Assembly (NCBI GenBank): GCA_963722385.1
Contig: CAVRKK010000002.1
Location: 320,001-384,000, forward strand
DNA: 64,000 nt
Reading direction: 5' to 3'
DNA from: an uncultured bacterium
GTDB taxonomy: Bacteria > Babelota > Babeliae > Babelales > Babelaceae
The position numbers were made by a program, and so were the translations under genes. Positions 1-10,461 of this stretch are shown piece by piece (positions within the stretch are counted from its first letter, which is position 1; each line of letters begins with the position of its first letter). Below the pieces are notes generated by a model that saw nothing but the letters and a program-made list of their open reading frames with translations, made no database searches and had not been told where the DNA came from.

Positions 1-56
1 ATATGCTAGTTTGATGGATATATTTATCTTTTATTATATAAACTGAAAGGACTTTT

Positions 57-860
57 ATGGACATGAGAAAAAGTCTTAGAATCACAGGCCTGTCTCTAAT
101 ACTCGCTCTGGGTAGCTGGCAAGCGACCGGGATGGAAGCTCCTGGGCATGAATCAAGCAGCGATGAGGAAATAAGTGCAAAAGAATACTCCCCGGAGGAA
201 GCGGAACAGGGCAAAAAGCTTACCCAAGCGATCCATTATGAAGATATGGATCTCATTTATGCCTTAATTGACGCAACACCAGCTATCATTAACTATCAAG
301 ACCCAGAAACGGGCAATACACCACTTTTAGAAGCAGTGGAAGTCTCTAGCCGTCCAATAATTAAGCTTCTCCTTCAAAAAGGTGCGGACCCCGCGATAAA
401 AAATGCTCAAGGCTTTCCGCCAATTTTCGTTATTCTTCAGAAATGGAATGAACGCGAAGGGCTTTTAAGACTGCTGATTTCTTACAATATCCAGGCTCGT
501 GATGCTCATGGTCCCAATGGTCAAACGGCATTGCAATATGCTGTTGAGCGTGATTTACCCGAAAAAAGAGTCCTTTTGAGTTTATGGGCTGATATTAATG
601 CGCAAGATAACAGAGGTTGGACTGCTTTGCATTATGCTGTAGGGCAAGGAAATAGTATAGCAGTAAGATTTTTGCTTGAACAGGGAGCGAATCCGAGTAT
701 TCGAAGCTTTGATATCGACGGCAACCGTACTGCTGAAATGGTTATTAATCCTAAAACAGTAGGAAGGAGAGCGCCAGATATTATAGAAGCTATCCAAAAA
801 GCTCAATTAAACTATGAAAAAGGATGGTTTAGCAGCCTTAAAAATTTTATCGGTCTGTAA
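57..860 (+). CDS. Signal-peptide ankyrin-repeat protein (family A, copy 1)
   Basis: Hydrophobic N-terminus ending ATG-ME; ankyrin motifs GNTPLLEAV, GQTALQYAV, GWTALHYAV; paralogues at 23371, 27955 and 45817. Confidence 0.92.
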   Translation: MDMRKSLRITGLSLILALGSWQATGMEAPGHESSSDEEISAKEYSPEEAEQGKKLTQAIHYEDMDLIYALIDATPAIINYQDPETGNTPLLEAVEVSSRPIIKLLLQKGADPAIKNAQGFPPIFVILQKWNEREGLLRLLISYNIQARDAHGPNGQTALQYAVERDLPEKRVLLSLWADINAQDNRGWTALHYAVGQGNSIAVRFLLEQGANPSIRSFDIDGNRTAEMVINPKTVGRRAPDIIEAIQKAQLNYEKGWFSSLKNFIGL

Positions 861-884
861 TTTACTCTAGATATTAACGTCTTT

Positions 885-911
885 AAGCCAGCACAGAAAT
901 GCTGGCTTTTT
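885..911 (+). terminator. Intrinsic terminator after ankyrin A1
   Basis: AAGCCAGCA-loop-TGCTGGCTT followed by a T run; conserved at 28783 and 46644. Confidence 0.75.
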
Positions 912-918
912 ATTTATA

Positions 919-948
919 TTGCAATTGATGATAAATATTGATTATAAT
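919..948 (+). promoter_or_regulatory. Putative sigma70 promoter of coiled-coil gene
   Basis: TTGCAA-18 nt-TATAAT, same boxes and spacing at 28817-28846 and 46678-46707; AGGAG RBS before the ATG. Confidence 0.5.
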
Positions 949-983
949 TATTTTAAATAGCAAATTAAAAAAAGGAGTAAGTA

Positions 984-1344
984 ATGAAGCGGCTAAACGT
1001 AATTTGCGTTTCAGCTTTCTTATGTTGCAGTTTACTGGTTGCGCTAGCATGTGCCCAAGAAGCTGAGACTCCGGAAGAGCTATCGGCTAGGAAGGCTCAT
1101 CTAGAAGAGGAACAAGGACAACTTGAGCAAAAATTACTTTTAGCTCAACAAGAAAACAATCCAGAAGAAATTTCAGCAATTGAAAGCCAGCAAAAGCAGG
1201 TTGCTCAACAGCTTAAAGAAGTCTCTCAAGAAGAATCACAAGCCATTCCTATTATCTCACCGCCCATGCCGTCTAATCAAGTGCCAATTGTAGTCACAAA
1301 AGCTGGTAGTGAACAAGATGTTCTCCAAGCATCAGATATAACAA
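984..1344 (+). pseudogene. 5' fragment of giant coiled-coil protein, truncated by IS630
   Basis: Matches the N-termini of 28882 and 46742 up to VLQASDIT, then runs into the IS inverted repeat; the remainder is absent on the far side of the IS. Confidence 0.9.
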
Positions 1345-2467
1345 TAGACATCACATTTAGGTTTTAGACTTAAAGCCCAGCAAACTGTACTCAAAGAAAG
1401 TGTTATTTAAAAATTCAGCAAAATCATTTGATATTTGCTTGATATTATCGATGAAACGATTATGTGAAACATTTTTGCGAGCAGCTTTCCAAACCTTTTC
1501 TTGCGGGTTTTCTTCAGGAGCATATGCTGGAAAGTAGATTAAATCGATGTTTTTATCTTCTTTTAAAAATTCCTGGACGGCTGACCCTCGATGCCATCCT
1601 GCATTATCCCAAATCAAAAGCAATCTGCTTTTCGGATAGTTACGTCTAAGCTGTTTTAACACATCTACCGTAATATACATGTTTTGTTTTTCTGCGATGA
1701 AAGCATGTTCTCGGCCTGTTTTTATGTTTAAAAACCCATAAAATGACCGATTTTCTCGTTTGCTTGTAACCTCAATTTTAGGGTACTCGCCGGCAGGCAA
1801 CCAAATTTTTTGGAATGTTGTTGTTGATGAAAGAATCATTTCGTCAGCAGCGAATATCTCGATCTGATCATTATTCCAAGCTTTTTTAATTACAGGCATT
1901 ACATCTTCTTTCCATTTCTGAACCTTCTGTTCATCGCGTTTCTGATAAACCTTGCCAGGCTTGTGAAATGTAAAACGCGCTTCTTTAAAAACAAGATACA
2001 ATGAGGTTTTTGATTTATATTTTACACCATATTGCTCGCGAATAAGATGTCCTAATGACCAAGTCGTCCAGTAATCCTCATCAAATCCGTAATCCCGAGT
2101 ATTATTTTTGAGCGTCTCTAAAATTTGTGTTCGCTGGCCTTTAGTCAGCAGTGATCGAATCTTTTTTTTACGTTTGTCCCTAATCCCGTCGATTCCTTTC
2201 TGCAGAAAATTGTTTCGCAATGTAAATATTGAACTTCTTTTAAACCCAGTTAGCTCTTCAATAATTCCTAAATCGAGTCTTCTATTAAGCATTAAAATCG
2301 CTTGGGTACGCAGCGATTCTTTCGTGTTTGTTTCTTTGTTTTTTAAAAATGCTTTAAGATCTTCAATTTGTGCTTGGGTTAAAACAATCTGTCTTGGCAT
2401 TTTAAAACACTCCCTTTTTGCCAAAACAGTTTACCGTTTTTAGTCTATTTTTAAAGTGTGATGTCTA
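1345..2467 (-). mobile_element. IS630-family insertion sequence
   Basis: Inverted repeats ATAGACATCACA (1344-1355) / TGTGATGTCTAT (2457-2468), extending to ~27 bp imperfect with inner TAGACT; TA at both ends (1345-46, 2466-67). Confidence 0.9.
1357..2400 (-). CDS. IS630-family DDE transposase
   Basis: N-terminal HTH regions; DDE motifs FAADE, IWDNAGWH, YAPEENPQEKVW; ATG at 2400 preferred over the ORF-track start at 2424. Confidence 0.93.
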   Translation of the reverse strand: MPRQIVLTQAQIEDLKAFLKNKETNTKESLRTQAILMLNRRLDLGIIEELTGFKRSSIFTLRNNFLQKGIDGIRDKRKKKIRSLLTKGQRTQILETLKNNTRDYGFDEDYWTTWSLGHLIREQYGVKYKSKTSLYLVFKEARFTFHKPGKVYQKRDEQKVQKWKEDVMPVIKKAWNNDQIEIFAADEMILSSTTTFQKIWLPAGEYPKIEVTSKRENRSFYGFLNIKTGREHAFIAEKQNMYITVDVLKQLRRNYPKSRLLLIWDNAGWHRGSAVQEFLKEDKNIDLIYFPAYAPEENPQEKVWKAARKNVSHNRFIDNIKQISNDFAEFLNNTFFEYSLLGFKSKT

Positions 2468-2854
2468 TATGTTTATTGCTTTATTGCTTATGCCCTGTTT
2501 GCGCATGCTTGCTTTACCCTTTTATTACCTTACTGCTTTATCGTGTTGCAGTCTTATTCTTTTATATGTTTTTAGCTTAAATTAAGAACAATATTCAATA
2601 GGATAAATCAAAACTCATATCCCTTCTACCAAGCATGCTCCTAGCACGTTAGCTTGGTACCAGCTATCCGTGTATGCTTATAACTTTGCCGCAATTGATC
2701 TTAACGAGAATATTTTTAACCTTTGACAAAAAGGATATATCTCAAGCTTAAGCAGTTTATTGATATCTTGCAATTGTCGATGCCACTCAAGAGCAGGTTC
2801 GAAAAGCTAAAAAAATGATATATTAATTATTGTAGTGCAAATGATAGAAGCCAG

Positions 2855-3682
2855 GTGAACCAGATGAGTAGATCCTTTAACATTAAATTTGAGGTAATGC
2901 ACCCCTTAACAGAACAAGGTGCGGTAAACATGCTATGGAAGGCATGGCAAATAGGTGGCATGTTCAAATACGGATTTGGCACCTTCGATAACATGCTAGT
3001 TTCTTGGCTAAAAAATCGCTCGGTCGAACTTGGCTGGCATGAAGAGGATGCTGAAGACCCCGATGCTTATTCTCCTTATGTAATAATATCTATGTACGAA
3101 AGAGATGAATCAAGTTTTGAATTTTACTTCGAGCCAAGTGGTGCTAACCGCTGGGGCCGAGGACGCACATCCATGGGCATAGACTTTTCATGGTATATTG
3201 AAAAAGGGCTCATTATTACTGAGGGACTTGAAATAGCTAGTTTACTAGCCCAAGTAGAGGATTATTACTTCAAGGAACCTGCTCAAGAATGGCAAATAGA
3301 CGTAAGATTACGTGGTCTATATTGGCCATTTGGGCCACCCTTTTTTAAAAAGCCAAATGAATTATTAGAAAAAGATTGGCAACATTTAAGAGATACGCTC
3401 GATAGATTTATAGCAAATGGCTTGTTGGCAGGGTGCATATTTGAACCTTATGTACTTGATGAAACCACTGTGTCAAAAGAATTTATTACCTTACGTGGAA
3501 AAACGGCCTGGGGTGAAGATATTTTAGTTAAAATGCAACGGGGGGGGCTTTGGCTCATGCCAGCTGATCCTGCCTATAGACCCGCCAATATACGTCCTTA
3601 CTTAGAACTGCTCAACAGTTTATTGAAAGGCTTTGAAATTAACGCACTACAGGCAGATAGTCTCGCACTCAAAAAACAATAA
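2855..3682 (+). CDS. Hypothetical protein, candidate immunity protein (paralogue 1)
   Basis: 275 aa ORF; close tandem paralogue; no signal peptide; lies upstream of a nuclease-motif protein. Function is inferred. Confidence 0.75.
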   Translation: MNQMSRSFNIKFEVMHPLTEQGAVNMLWKAWQIGGMFKYGFGTFDNMLVSWLKNRSVELGWHEEDAEDPDAYSPYVIISMYERDESSFEFYFEPSGANRWGRGRTSMGIDFSWYIEKGLIITEGLEIASLLAQVEDYYFKEPAQEWQIDVRLRGLYWPFGPPFFKKPNELLEKDWQHLRDTLDRFIANGLLAGCIFEPYVLDETTVSKEFITLRGKTAWGEDILVKMQRGGLWLMPADPAYRPANIRPYLELLNSLLKGFEINALQADSLALKKQ

Positions 3683-3924
3683 CAGAAATATTGACTTCAT
3701 ATCCCTTCTACCAAGCACGATCCTAGCACGATAGCTTGACACCAGCTATCCTCTTATAGCCAGTCGCAATCTTAACACGCATATTCTGAAACCTTTGACA
3801 AAAAAGATATCTCCACCTTAAGCAGTTTATTGGTACCTCTCAAATGTCGATGCCACTCAAAAGCAGGTTCGAAAAGTTAAAAAAATGATATATTAATTAT
3901 TGTAGTGCAAATAATAGAAGCCAG

Positions 3925-4749
3925 GTGGACCACATGAGTAGATCCTTTAACATTAAATTTGAGATAATGCACCCCTTAACAGAACAAGGTGCGGTAAACA
4001 TGCTATGGAAGGCGTGGCAAATAGGTGGCATGTTCAAATACGGATTCGGCACCTTCGATAACATGTTGGTTTCTTGGCTAAAAGATCGCTCGGTCGTACT
4101 TGGCTGGTATGAAGAAGATCCCGAAGATCCCGATAATTCTTATCCATATGTCGAAGTAGCTATGAATAAAATAAATGATACAAGTTTTGAATTCTACTTC
4201 CAGCCAAGTAATGCTAACCGCCGGGGCCGAGGACGCACATCCATGGGGATAGATTTTTCATGGTATATTGAAAAAGGGCTTATTATTACTGAGGGACTTA
4301 AAATAGCGAGTTTACTAGCCCAAGTAGAGGATTATTATTTCAAGGAACCTGCTCAAGAATGGCAAGTATTCGTAGTATTAAGAAACCTATATTGGCCATT
4401 TGGGCCACCCTTTTTTGAAAAGCCAAATGAATTATTAGAAAAAGATTGGCAAGATTTGAGAGATACGCTCGATAGATTTATAGCAAATGGTATGTCATCA
4501 GGGTGCGTATTTGAACCTTACCTACTTGATGAGGCCACCGTTTCAAAAGAATTTCTTACCTTAAGAGGGAAAACAGCCTGGGGTGAGGATATTTTAGTTA
4601 AGACGCAACGCTCGGAACTTTGGCTCATGCCAGCTGATCCTGCCTATAGACCCGCCAATATACGTCCTTACTTAGAGCTGCTCAACAGTTTATTGAAAGG
4701 CTTTGAAATTAACGCATTGCAGGCAGATAGTCTTGCCCTCAGAAAATAA
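3925..4749 (+). CDS. Hypothetical protein, candidate immunity protein (paralogue 2)
   Basis: 274 aa paralogue of 2855 with divergence concentrated in blocks. Confidence 0.75.
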   Translation: MDHMSRSFNIKFEIMHPLTEQGAVNMLWKAWQIGGMFKYGFGTFDNMLVSWLKDRSVVLGWYEEDPEDPDNSYPYVEVAMNKINDTSFEFYFQPSNANRRGRGRTSMGIDFSWYIEKGLIITEGLKIASLLAQVEDYYFKEPAQEWQVFVVLRNLYWPFGPPFFEKPNELLEKDWQDLRDTLDRFIANGMSSGCVFEPYLLDEATVSKEFLTLRGKTAWGEDILVKTQRSELWLMPADPAYRPANIRPYLELLNSLLKGFEINALQADSLALRK

Positions 4750-4849
4750 TCGCAGAAAAGAATAAAAGAAATATTTGACTTAAGTTTGCTTAAAGAATAG
4801 GTTTTTAACAAAGCTGATATTTTGCTAATCTTTAACGGACTGGAAAAGC

Positions 4850-7800
4850 ATGAGTATAGCATCTTTCTTCACCCATCATAAAATCGCAATTAGAATAACT
4901 TTATCAAGTTTTTTTCTTTATTCTGCCTTGCCTGTGGTGGCGCAGGGGCCTGGTTTTGAAAACGAACTCGAAGTTGAGCTCGCGTATCAAACATTAGTCC
5001 GCGCAACAAAAGCTTTCAAGACTGGATCCAAAGAAGCCATCAAATCAGCATGGGAACATCCTGTCAGAACTGCTTGTGGCGTTGCTGTATCATTAGCCAT
5101 CGGTGCTTTGCCTGCGCAATGTAGCAAAGCAGTCCAGACTATCTTAGTGGGAGCATTGGTTGGCGAAATAGTTACCAATAAGCAGCTCCAAGAAGAGTTA
5201 AGCAACAAATCAATGGATGAAGGTTTTGAAATACTGGTGGCACATGGCGGCTATCTGTTGACTAACATGGCATTATACCAAACGCTTGGCACCGTGTCAT
5301 CAGTGGGCTATAGAGCATCAATTTCACGTCTTGCGCCATTTCTTAAAGATGCGATCCCTCAAGGTACCTTTACCACAAGCCCTGTAAATGGCTACACTCT
5401 TGGCGCTCAAGTCAAAAATGGCGATATCACCATTGGCGTAGCGCGCCTTATAGATGAAAAATCAATACGTGTAGTCGGCTTTCAATGGGCTAAAAGCGGC
5501 CACAAAAGGTTTTTTTCTGATAGGGTGCATAAAGCTGATTTTGCGCAAGGGAACATACAAACATCCAAGCTGCCCGTTGACCTTCCTTTCTTTAAAGCGA
5601 CTCCCGAAATTACTTCAGAGATACCCTCATCAGCCAACATTTTTCGCACCGCATTTTTCACCACCATCCCTCCCAGTAAATCTTACCCCAGTGCGTCTTC
5701 TGCTAGGGATGTAAAGCCCTCTTTTACGCCAGAGCAAAAAGAGAATTACAAAACGGTCCTAGAGATGCTGAGAGAACATGACCAAAGGCTTATCAATAAA
5801 GCTCGTCACAACTTAGCAAGAAGGCCACCGCAGCCCGATTTACGTTTCAATGGATATAGACATTATCTAGGATCTGAAGAGATTAAGCAACTAAATAAAT
5901 CAACAGTTAATGAAGCAAATATTCAATTAGCGGATGAGATATTCTCAAGTATCCCAGAAGATACTATCTTTTATGGCATCGGCGATCGTTATACGCTCCG
6001 CGAATGCATTCTAAAAAATACATTCGATCTTACCAAAATCGAGTCTTTGTTAAAAGATTTAATCACTCCTGAATATCTCATAAGCGATTCGGATAGCTCC
6101 TTAAAACGTTTGCTTACAAAGGGATTTAGCGACGACAAAGGTGCTCTAGAAAGTGCTCGTGGCGCTTATGCCGAATTCCTCGCTGACTTGGATTTTCAAG
6201 CAAAGGGCTGGGATAGGCAAGCGTTCGGGGAGCTCTACCCACAGATTCTTCAGGAAAGCGATCCCATGCCACGTAGTAGATCGGAGCTTAAAGAAAAAGA
6301 CCTCGATTTGGTTTACGAAAATATTACACCTGAAGGGGAAAAGCTAAAGCTCCTGGTTGAGGTAAAAGACAAATCCTATAATTTAAACGAACAGATTTTA
6401 GCAGATGAATTTAATAAAAACATATTGCCCAAAAAAAATATAGCGAGCATGGAAAATGCAGAGTTTTTATTTTACTCGCGGCAACCTATACCTTCATACT
6501 TAAAAAACCTTATGGATGAGCATAATATTGCGTATGCAGATACACCACAAGCCATCTTTGCACCTGAAGAATTTGCTCAATTCTATGAAGGCAAGCGCCT
6601 TGCTGAGCAGCTGAAAGATCCAACTTTTATACCAGCGCAGCAATTTCCCGCTTTTGACAATGCAGGTGGTGCTGTTCCTCCTACCCAAGAGACTTCATTT
6701 GGCTATGCTGCTCATGACGAGTCATATTCGAGCAGTGATGAACAATCAACTGGCCGCCCAAACGATGCCACAGGGAGAGCTCAAGGGTTAGCTGGCGTGG
6801 TATTTGGAGAGCTTTATCCGCAGGATACTCCTGAACATGATCAGAAAAGAGGCTCTTATCAACAAGCAACGCGTGTATCGGGCTTTACAAGCGCTCCCTA
6901 TTCCACTCACGCACGCAATCAACCATTTAATGTCATGCACCCATCAGAGGATTTATCAATAAGCTTTCACGGAGGTTTGCGTGCTACCAATGAGCATAGA
7001 GCAGTTCCTAATCGGGGAACAAGCGTTGGCTGGTATACCGGCGCTACCGCGGTTTTGGGAGCACCAGTATTGAGCTCGGCCGAAAATGTGATTGCGTACG
7101 CCATGATAGGTGGTGGTACGGTGGCAATTGTTTCTTTGATTGGTTATACGGGCTATTTAATTTTCGATACCTTGAAAAATATGGATGCGCCAAATTTTAA
7201 CGGCTATATCGAAAAAGTAATCGATAGAGAAATTGGCATGTACGCGCATTCTACGATGGATCTCTTGCGCATGAATGAGAGATACCATAATGCAATAAAA
7301 CATTGCTCAAAGTTATCATCCACTATCTTGGATAAGCCATTCTATACGGTTAATGGCTATCAAGTCCCTTTTTGGCTTTATGATCCTGACAAAAAAATTA
7401 AACTTTTTGAAACACCAGAGTTGGCTCAACTCAAACAATTGGATATACCTATCAGACTCGACGTTATTCCTACGAGCGATACGCGCACGATTCTCCGGAA
7501 TCTTAATGCAGCATTGGGTGAGCGAACCTTTGAATTAGCTCGTATGTCCCTCGGCCAAATTGCCTTAAGAATCGAAAGAGAAAAGCCCCTGTTAAAAAAA
7601 GCTCAAGATACCTGCGATGAAAAACAAAGAGACCTCGAAGCTGCACTACGAAACTTCAAAAATAAGCTCGATGCTTGTAATCGGGGTAAAGCTGATGCAA
7701 GTGATGTGGACATGATGAATCAAGTTCTTAAATTCACGTATGCAGACCTTTATCATAAAGCAGCAGCAAGGTACTATTATATAAAAACGCAGGAACTTGA

Positions 7801-8734
7801 TAACAAAATTCTCCAGGCACACACCGTTGTGATGAACGAGCTCCTTAAAAAACAAAAAGAAGCTTGCCAAACGTACGAACATAAGGTTGAAGAAAGCTTA
7901 ATCAAGCAGCGCGAGGAAGCCCTCAAGCATACCTATGATAAGTACGCTCTAACACTTTATCAATTCCCGCTGCCAGAATCATCGGTTAAGTTTTTAAAAA
8001 ATCTTCACTGCAACACGGATATTTTGATGACGCTTTACGGTACCGAGATACAAAATCATTTATTTGAAGAGATCCATGCCATTATCAAAGTCGCTATTAC
8101 TACGTATGAAACCAGTAGCCGACCAGCCATTCGTTCATTATGCAAAGCCATAGTAACACTCGCTGATGAGTCAGCGTATTATGCAACGCTCGGTTATAAT
8201 ACGCAATCATTTACCATAAATGACACGCTCTATGTTTTGCTCACCTATACTGAACTGCTTAATAAAAATAATCAGGCATTAGATAACGAGCAAGCTGGCC
8301 AGATTAATAATGCCCTTAAAAAAGCTTCAGAGCTCTTGGACATATTGATTAATCGGTCACTACCGCATATCACGGCTCTTTTCTCAGGATGCAAGGCAAA
8401 AAAATTCAGTTTAGCTACCATAATAACAAAGCTGGCCGACATCCTGAAGCCTGCAGCAGAAGAAAACTGTCAAACAAAAGCAAGCTACCAAACCAGTCCT
8501 GATGGAAAAGGGTTCATTGCAGTAACACGCAATCTTTCACAGCCTCTGCGTGGCTTACAATATATAGCCCAACAAGCATTTGCTGAGCTGAGCTATATAG
8601 TGAGCTATCATTTACAAAAATTACGTGCTTGCCTTGACACAGGCGCATGTCCTTTAACCGACTATGAAAATGCCGAAGTCATTCAAAATACTCCCGCAAT
8701 GCTTTTACTCGCCAGCGTACTCAAGAACGCATAA
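4850..8734 (+). CDS. Large putatively secreted protein with internal PD-(D/E)xK nuclease-like domain
   Basis: Signal-like N-terminus; GAYAEFLA...KDLDLVYE...LLVEVKDK at ~6150-6370; hydrophobic segments; helical C-terminus. Confidence 0.7.
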   Translation: MSIASFFTHHKIAIRITLSSFFLYSALPVVAQGPGFENELEVELAYQTLVRATKAFKTGSKEAIKSAWEHPVRTACGVAVSLAIGALPAQCSKAVQTILVGALVGEIVTNKQLQEELSNKSMDEGFEILVAHGGYLLTNMALYQTLGTVSSVGYRASISRLAPFLKDAIPQGTFTTSPVNGYTLGAQVKNGDITIGVARLIDEKSIRVVGFQWAKSGHKRFFSDRVHKADFAQGNIQTSKLPVDLPFFKATPEITSEIPSSANIFRTAFFTTIPPSKSYPSASSARDVKPSFTPEQKENYKTVLEMLREHDQRLINKARHNLARRPPQPDLRFNGYRHYLGSEEIKQLNKSTVNEANIQLADEIFSSIPEDTIFYGIGDRYTLRECILKNTFDLTKIESLLKDLITPEYLISDSDSSLKRLLTKGFSDDKGALESARGAYAEFLADLDFQAKGWDRQAFGELYPQILQESDPMPRSRSELKEKDLDLVYENITPEGEKLKLLVEVKDKSYNLNEQILADEFNKNILPKKNIASMENAEFLFYSRQPIPSYLKNLMDEHNIAYADTPQAIFAPEEFAQFYEGKRLAEQLKDPTFIPAQQFPAFDNAGGAVPPTQETSFGYAAHDESYSSSDEQSTGRPNDATGRAQGLAGVVFGELYPQDTPEHDQKRGSYQQATRVSGFTSAPYSTHARNQPFNVMHPSEDLSISFHGGLRATNEHRAVPNRGTSVGWYTGATAVLGAPVLSSAENVIAYAMIGGGTVAIVSLIGYTGYLIFDTLKNMDAPNFNGYIEKVIDREIGMYAHSTMDLLRMNERYHNAIKHCSKLSSTILDKPFYTVNGYQVPFWLYDPDKKIKLFETPELAQLKQLDIPIRLDVIPTSDTRTILRNLNAALGERTFELARMSLGQIALRIEREKPLLKKAQDTCDEKQRDLEAALRNFKNKLDACNRGKADASDVDMMNQVLKFTYADLYHKAAARYYYIKTQELDNKILQAHTVVMNELLKKQKEACQTYEHKVEESLIKQREEALKHTYDKYALTLYQFPLPESSVKFLKNLHCNTDILMTLYGTEIQNHLFEEIHAIIKVAITTYETSSRPAIRSLCKAIVTLADESAYYATLGYNTQSFTINDTLYVLLTYTELLNKNNQALDNEQAGQINNALKKASELLDILINRSLPHITALFSGCKAKKFSLATIITKLADILKPAAEENCQTKASYQTSPDGKGFIAVTRNLSQPLRGLQYIAQQAFAELSYIVSYHLQKLRACLDTGACPLTDYENAEVIQNTPAMLLLASVLKNA

Positions 8735-9220
8735 ACACGGCCAAGAGGCACTAATCGCTTGTCTTTGCCGGCATAAAAAAGAGCTGTAGGTTGCCGGCTT
8801 GCTATCCAGCCGTCTTCCACCTTAGCCAGAACGAGAGTAAGGCAAAGCCCCCTTTTTCTATCAAATCCTTGTGCTGTACAACACTAACAAGCTTTCCTAT
8901 CTAAAATATTACGCAACAAGCTTTTTTTCTTAACACGCTCATGTTTTGCGGTATAACCTTGAGGCTGAGCAGCGACTCAGCAGAACTATTATGCTAGGTG
9001 AACAAAGATTAAGCTTATGCACAGAAAATAACTCTGATCCCTGAAATAAAGCGGGCTTCTCATCAAATTGCCCCTAGCTTTTCATGGAAAAAATGATATC
9101 ATGAAAACATGGGCTGAAAATTTTTGATCTGAGTTTTTAAATTTATTTTACAATTATGTTATTTAAAGATATGACTCAGCCTTAATCAATGCAAATCTGT
9201 AACCTCAAGGAGTTTTAAAC

Positions 9221-9865
9221 ATGAACAAGCTGTTCTTATGCTTATCAGCCGCCATCCTCATCGGCGCAGTATATGCGGGGGCGATGGAACAAGATAAAAC
9301 CGAGTTGAACAAAAAGCTAGCGTGGGCTATCGGAAGCGGGTATGACGAAACTGTAGAATCATCATTACGCCAAGGTGCTGATCCTAACTATATTGACTGT
9401 GGGACACCGGTTCTGGTTGATGCGATTAAATATGATAGTAGTCCGACGGTAATAAGCTTACTTTTGCAATATGGTGCAAATCCTGAAGTTTGCGAGGGAT
9501 CAACTCCTGTATTTCGCCTAGCCATACGAACTGACGATCCTGCTATCGTACGAGCTTTTCTATCAAATTTATCAGAAGAAACAACCAAAAAAGTGCTTAG
9601 CGAGCATAACGGCTACTTCGAAACAGTACTCCACCAGATTGCAAGAAGCACCGAACCAAACGCGCTTGAAATAGCTAAAATACTCGTTGAAGCAGGCGCA
9701 CTTGCTAATCAAATAGATGCATTTGATGATACCCCAGCCGCAATTGCAACACAGCATGGCTCTAAAGAATTAGCAGCATATCTTCTCGAGCAAGAGAACA
9801 AAGAAAAGGGTTGGAATTTAGGGGGCATACTTTCTGGATTACGAAATTATATCAGTGGCACCTAA
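9221..9865 (+). CDS. Signal-peptide ankyrin-repeat protein (family B, copy 1)
   Basis: Signal peptide ending AGA-ME; motifs GADPN, LLLQYGANP, TVLHQIA, DTPAAIA. Confidence 0.9.
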   Translation: MNKLFLCLSAAILIGAVYAGAMEQDKTELNKKLAWAIGSGYDETVESSLRQGADPNYIDCGTPVLVDAIKYDSSPTVISLLLQYGANPEVCEGSTPVFRLAIRTDDPAIVRAFLSNLSEETTKKVLSEHNGYFETVLHQIARSTEPNALEIAKILVEAGALANQIDAFDDTPAAIATQHGSKELAAYLLEQENKEKGWNLGGILSGLRNYISGT

Positions 9866-9882
9866 AAACGTTAAGATACCTG

Positions 9883-9911
9883 AAGGGAGCGCTTCTAAGC
9901 GCTCCCTTTTT
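9883..9911 (+). terminator. Intrinsic terminator
   Basis: AAGGGAGCGCTT / AAGCGCTCCCTT stem followed by a T run. Confidence 0.75.
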
Positions 9912-10032
9912 CGTTCAATTTTTTATTTTAAAATCTAATTTCAGTCAAAATTCTTGCTTTTTTTAATCTATTATTTGTAAATTAGAATTATTATGCCTAA
10001 TAAAGTGGATTAAAATTGGCGAGGATGTGGCT

Positions 10033-10461
10033 ATGAAAGCTCGGTATTGGTACTTATTAGCTCAATTTTTTATCGTATGTGGCCACCTAAAAGCTGGAGA
10101 GGAGCCTTATCGCGGCGCAGGAGAAATATCGAGAGAAGAGCAAAGGCTTAAACTTGAAACGGAAGAGAAAGGACTTAAGGAACAGCAAGCTAAACTATTA
10201 GAGCAATTACGAACTACTCAAGAAAAACCAGAACAAGAGCAGCTTCAAGCAGAAGAAAAACAAGTGAGCTCACAGCTTGTTAATGTCGAAGCTGAAGCCG
10301 CAGCAATTCCTGAGATTGGCGGAGGTGAAGAAGCTGGAGGAGGAGTTACTGTAGGTAAAACTACCGAGCAAAAAATGATGAGCGCTCCAACTCTTGAAGA
10401 ATGGAATAAGTATTGGCAAGAATTCGCCGAACCACTTATAAAAATTACGTGCTTGCCTTGA
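10033..10461 (+). pseudogene. 5' fragment of giant coiled-coil protein B, cut at the duplication junction
   Basis: Near-identical to 11854 plus the start of 12192 up to WQEFAEP, then joins a copy of the 3' end of the 4850 gene. Confidence 0.88.

Larger units (their letters stand above)
2614..4750 (+). repeat. Tandem duplication, ~1.07-1.08 kb unit (upstream region + gene)
   Basis: CATATCCCTTCTACCAAGCA occurs near 2616 and 3698; upstream DNA and genes are colinear. Confidence 0.9.
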
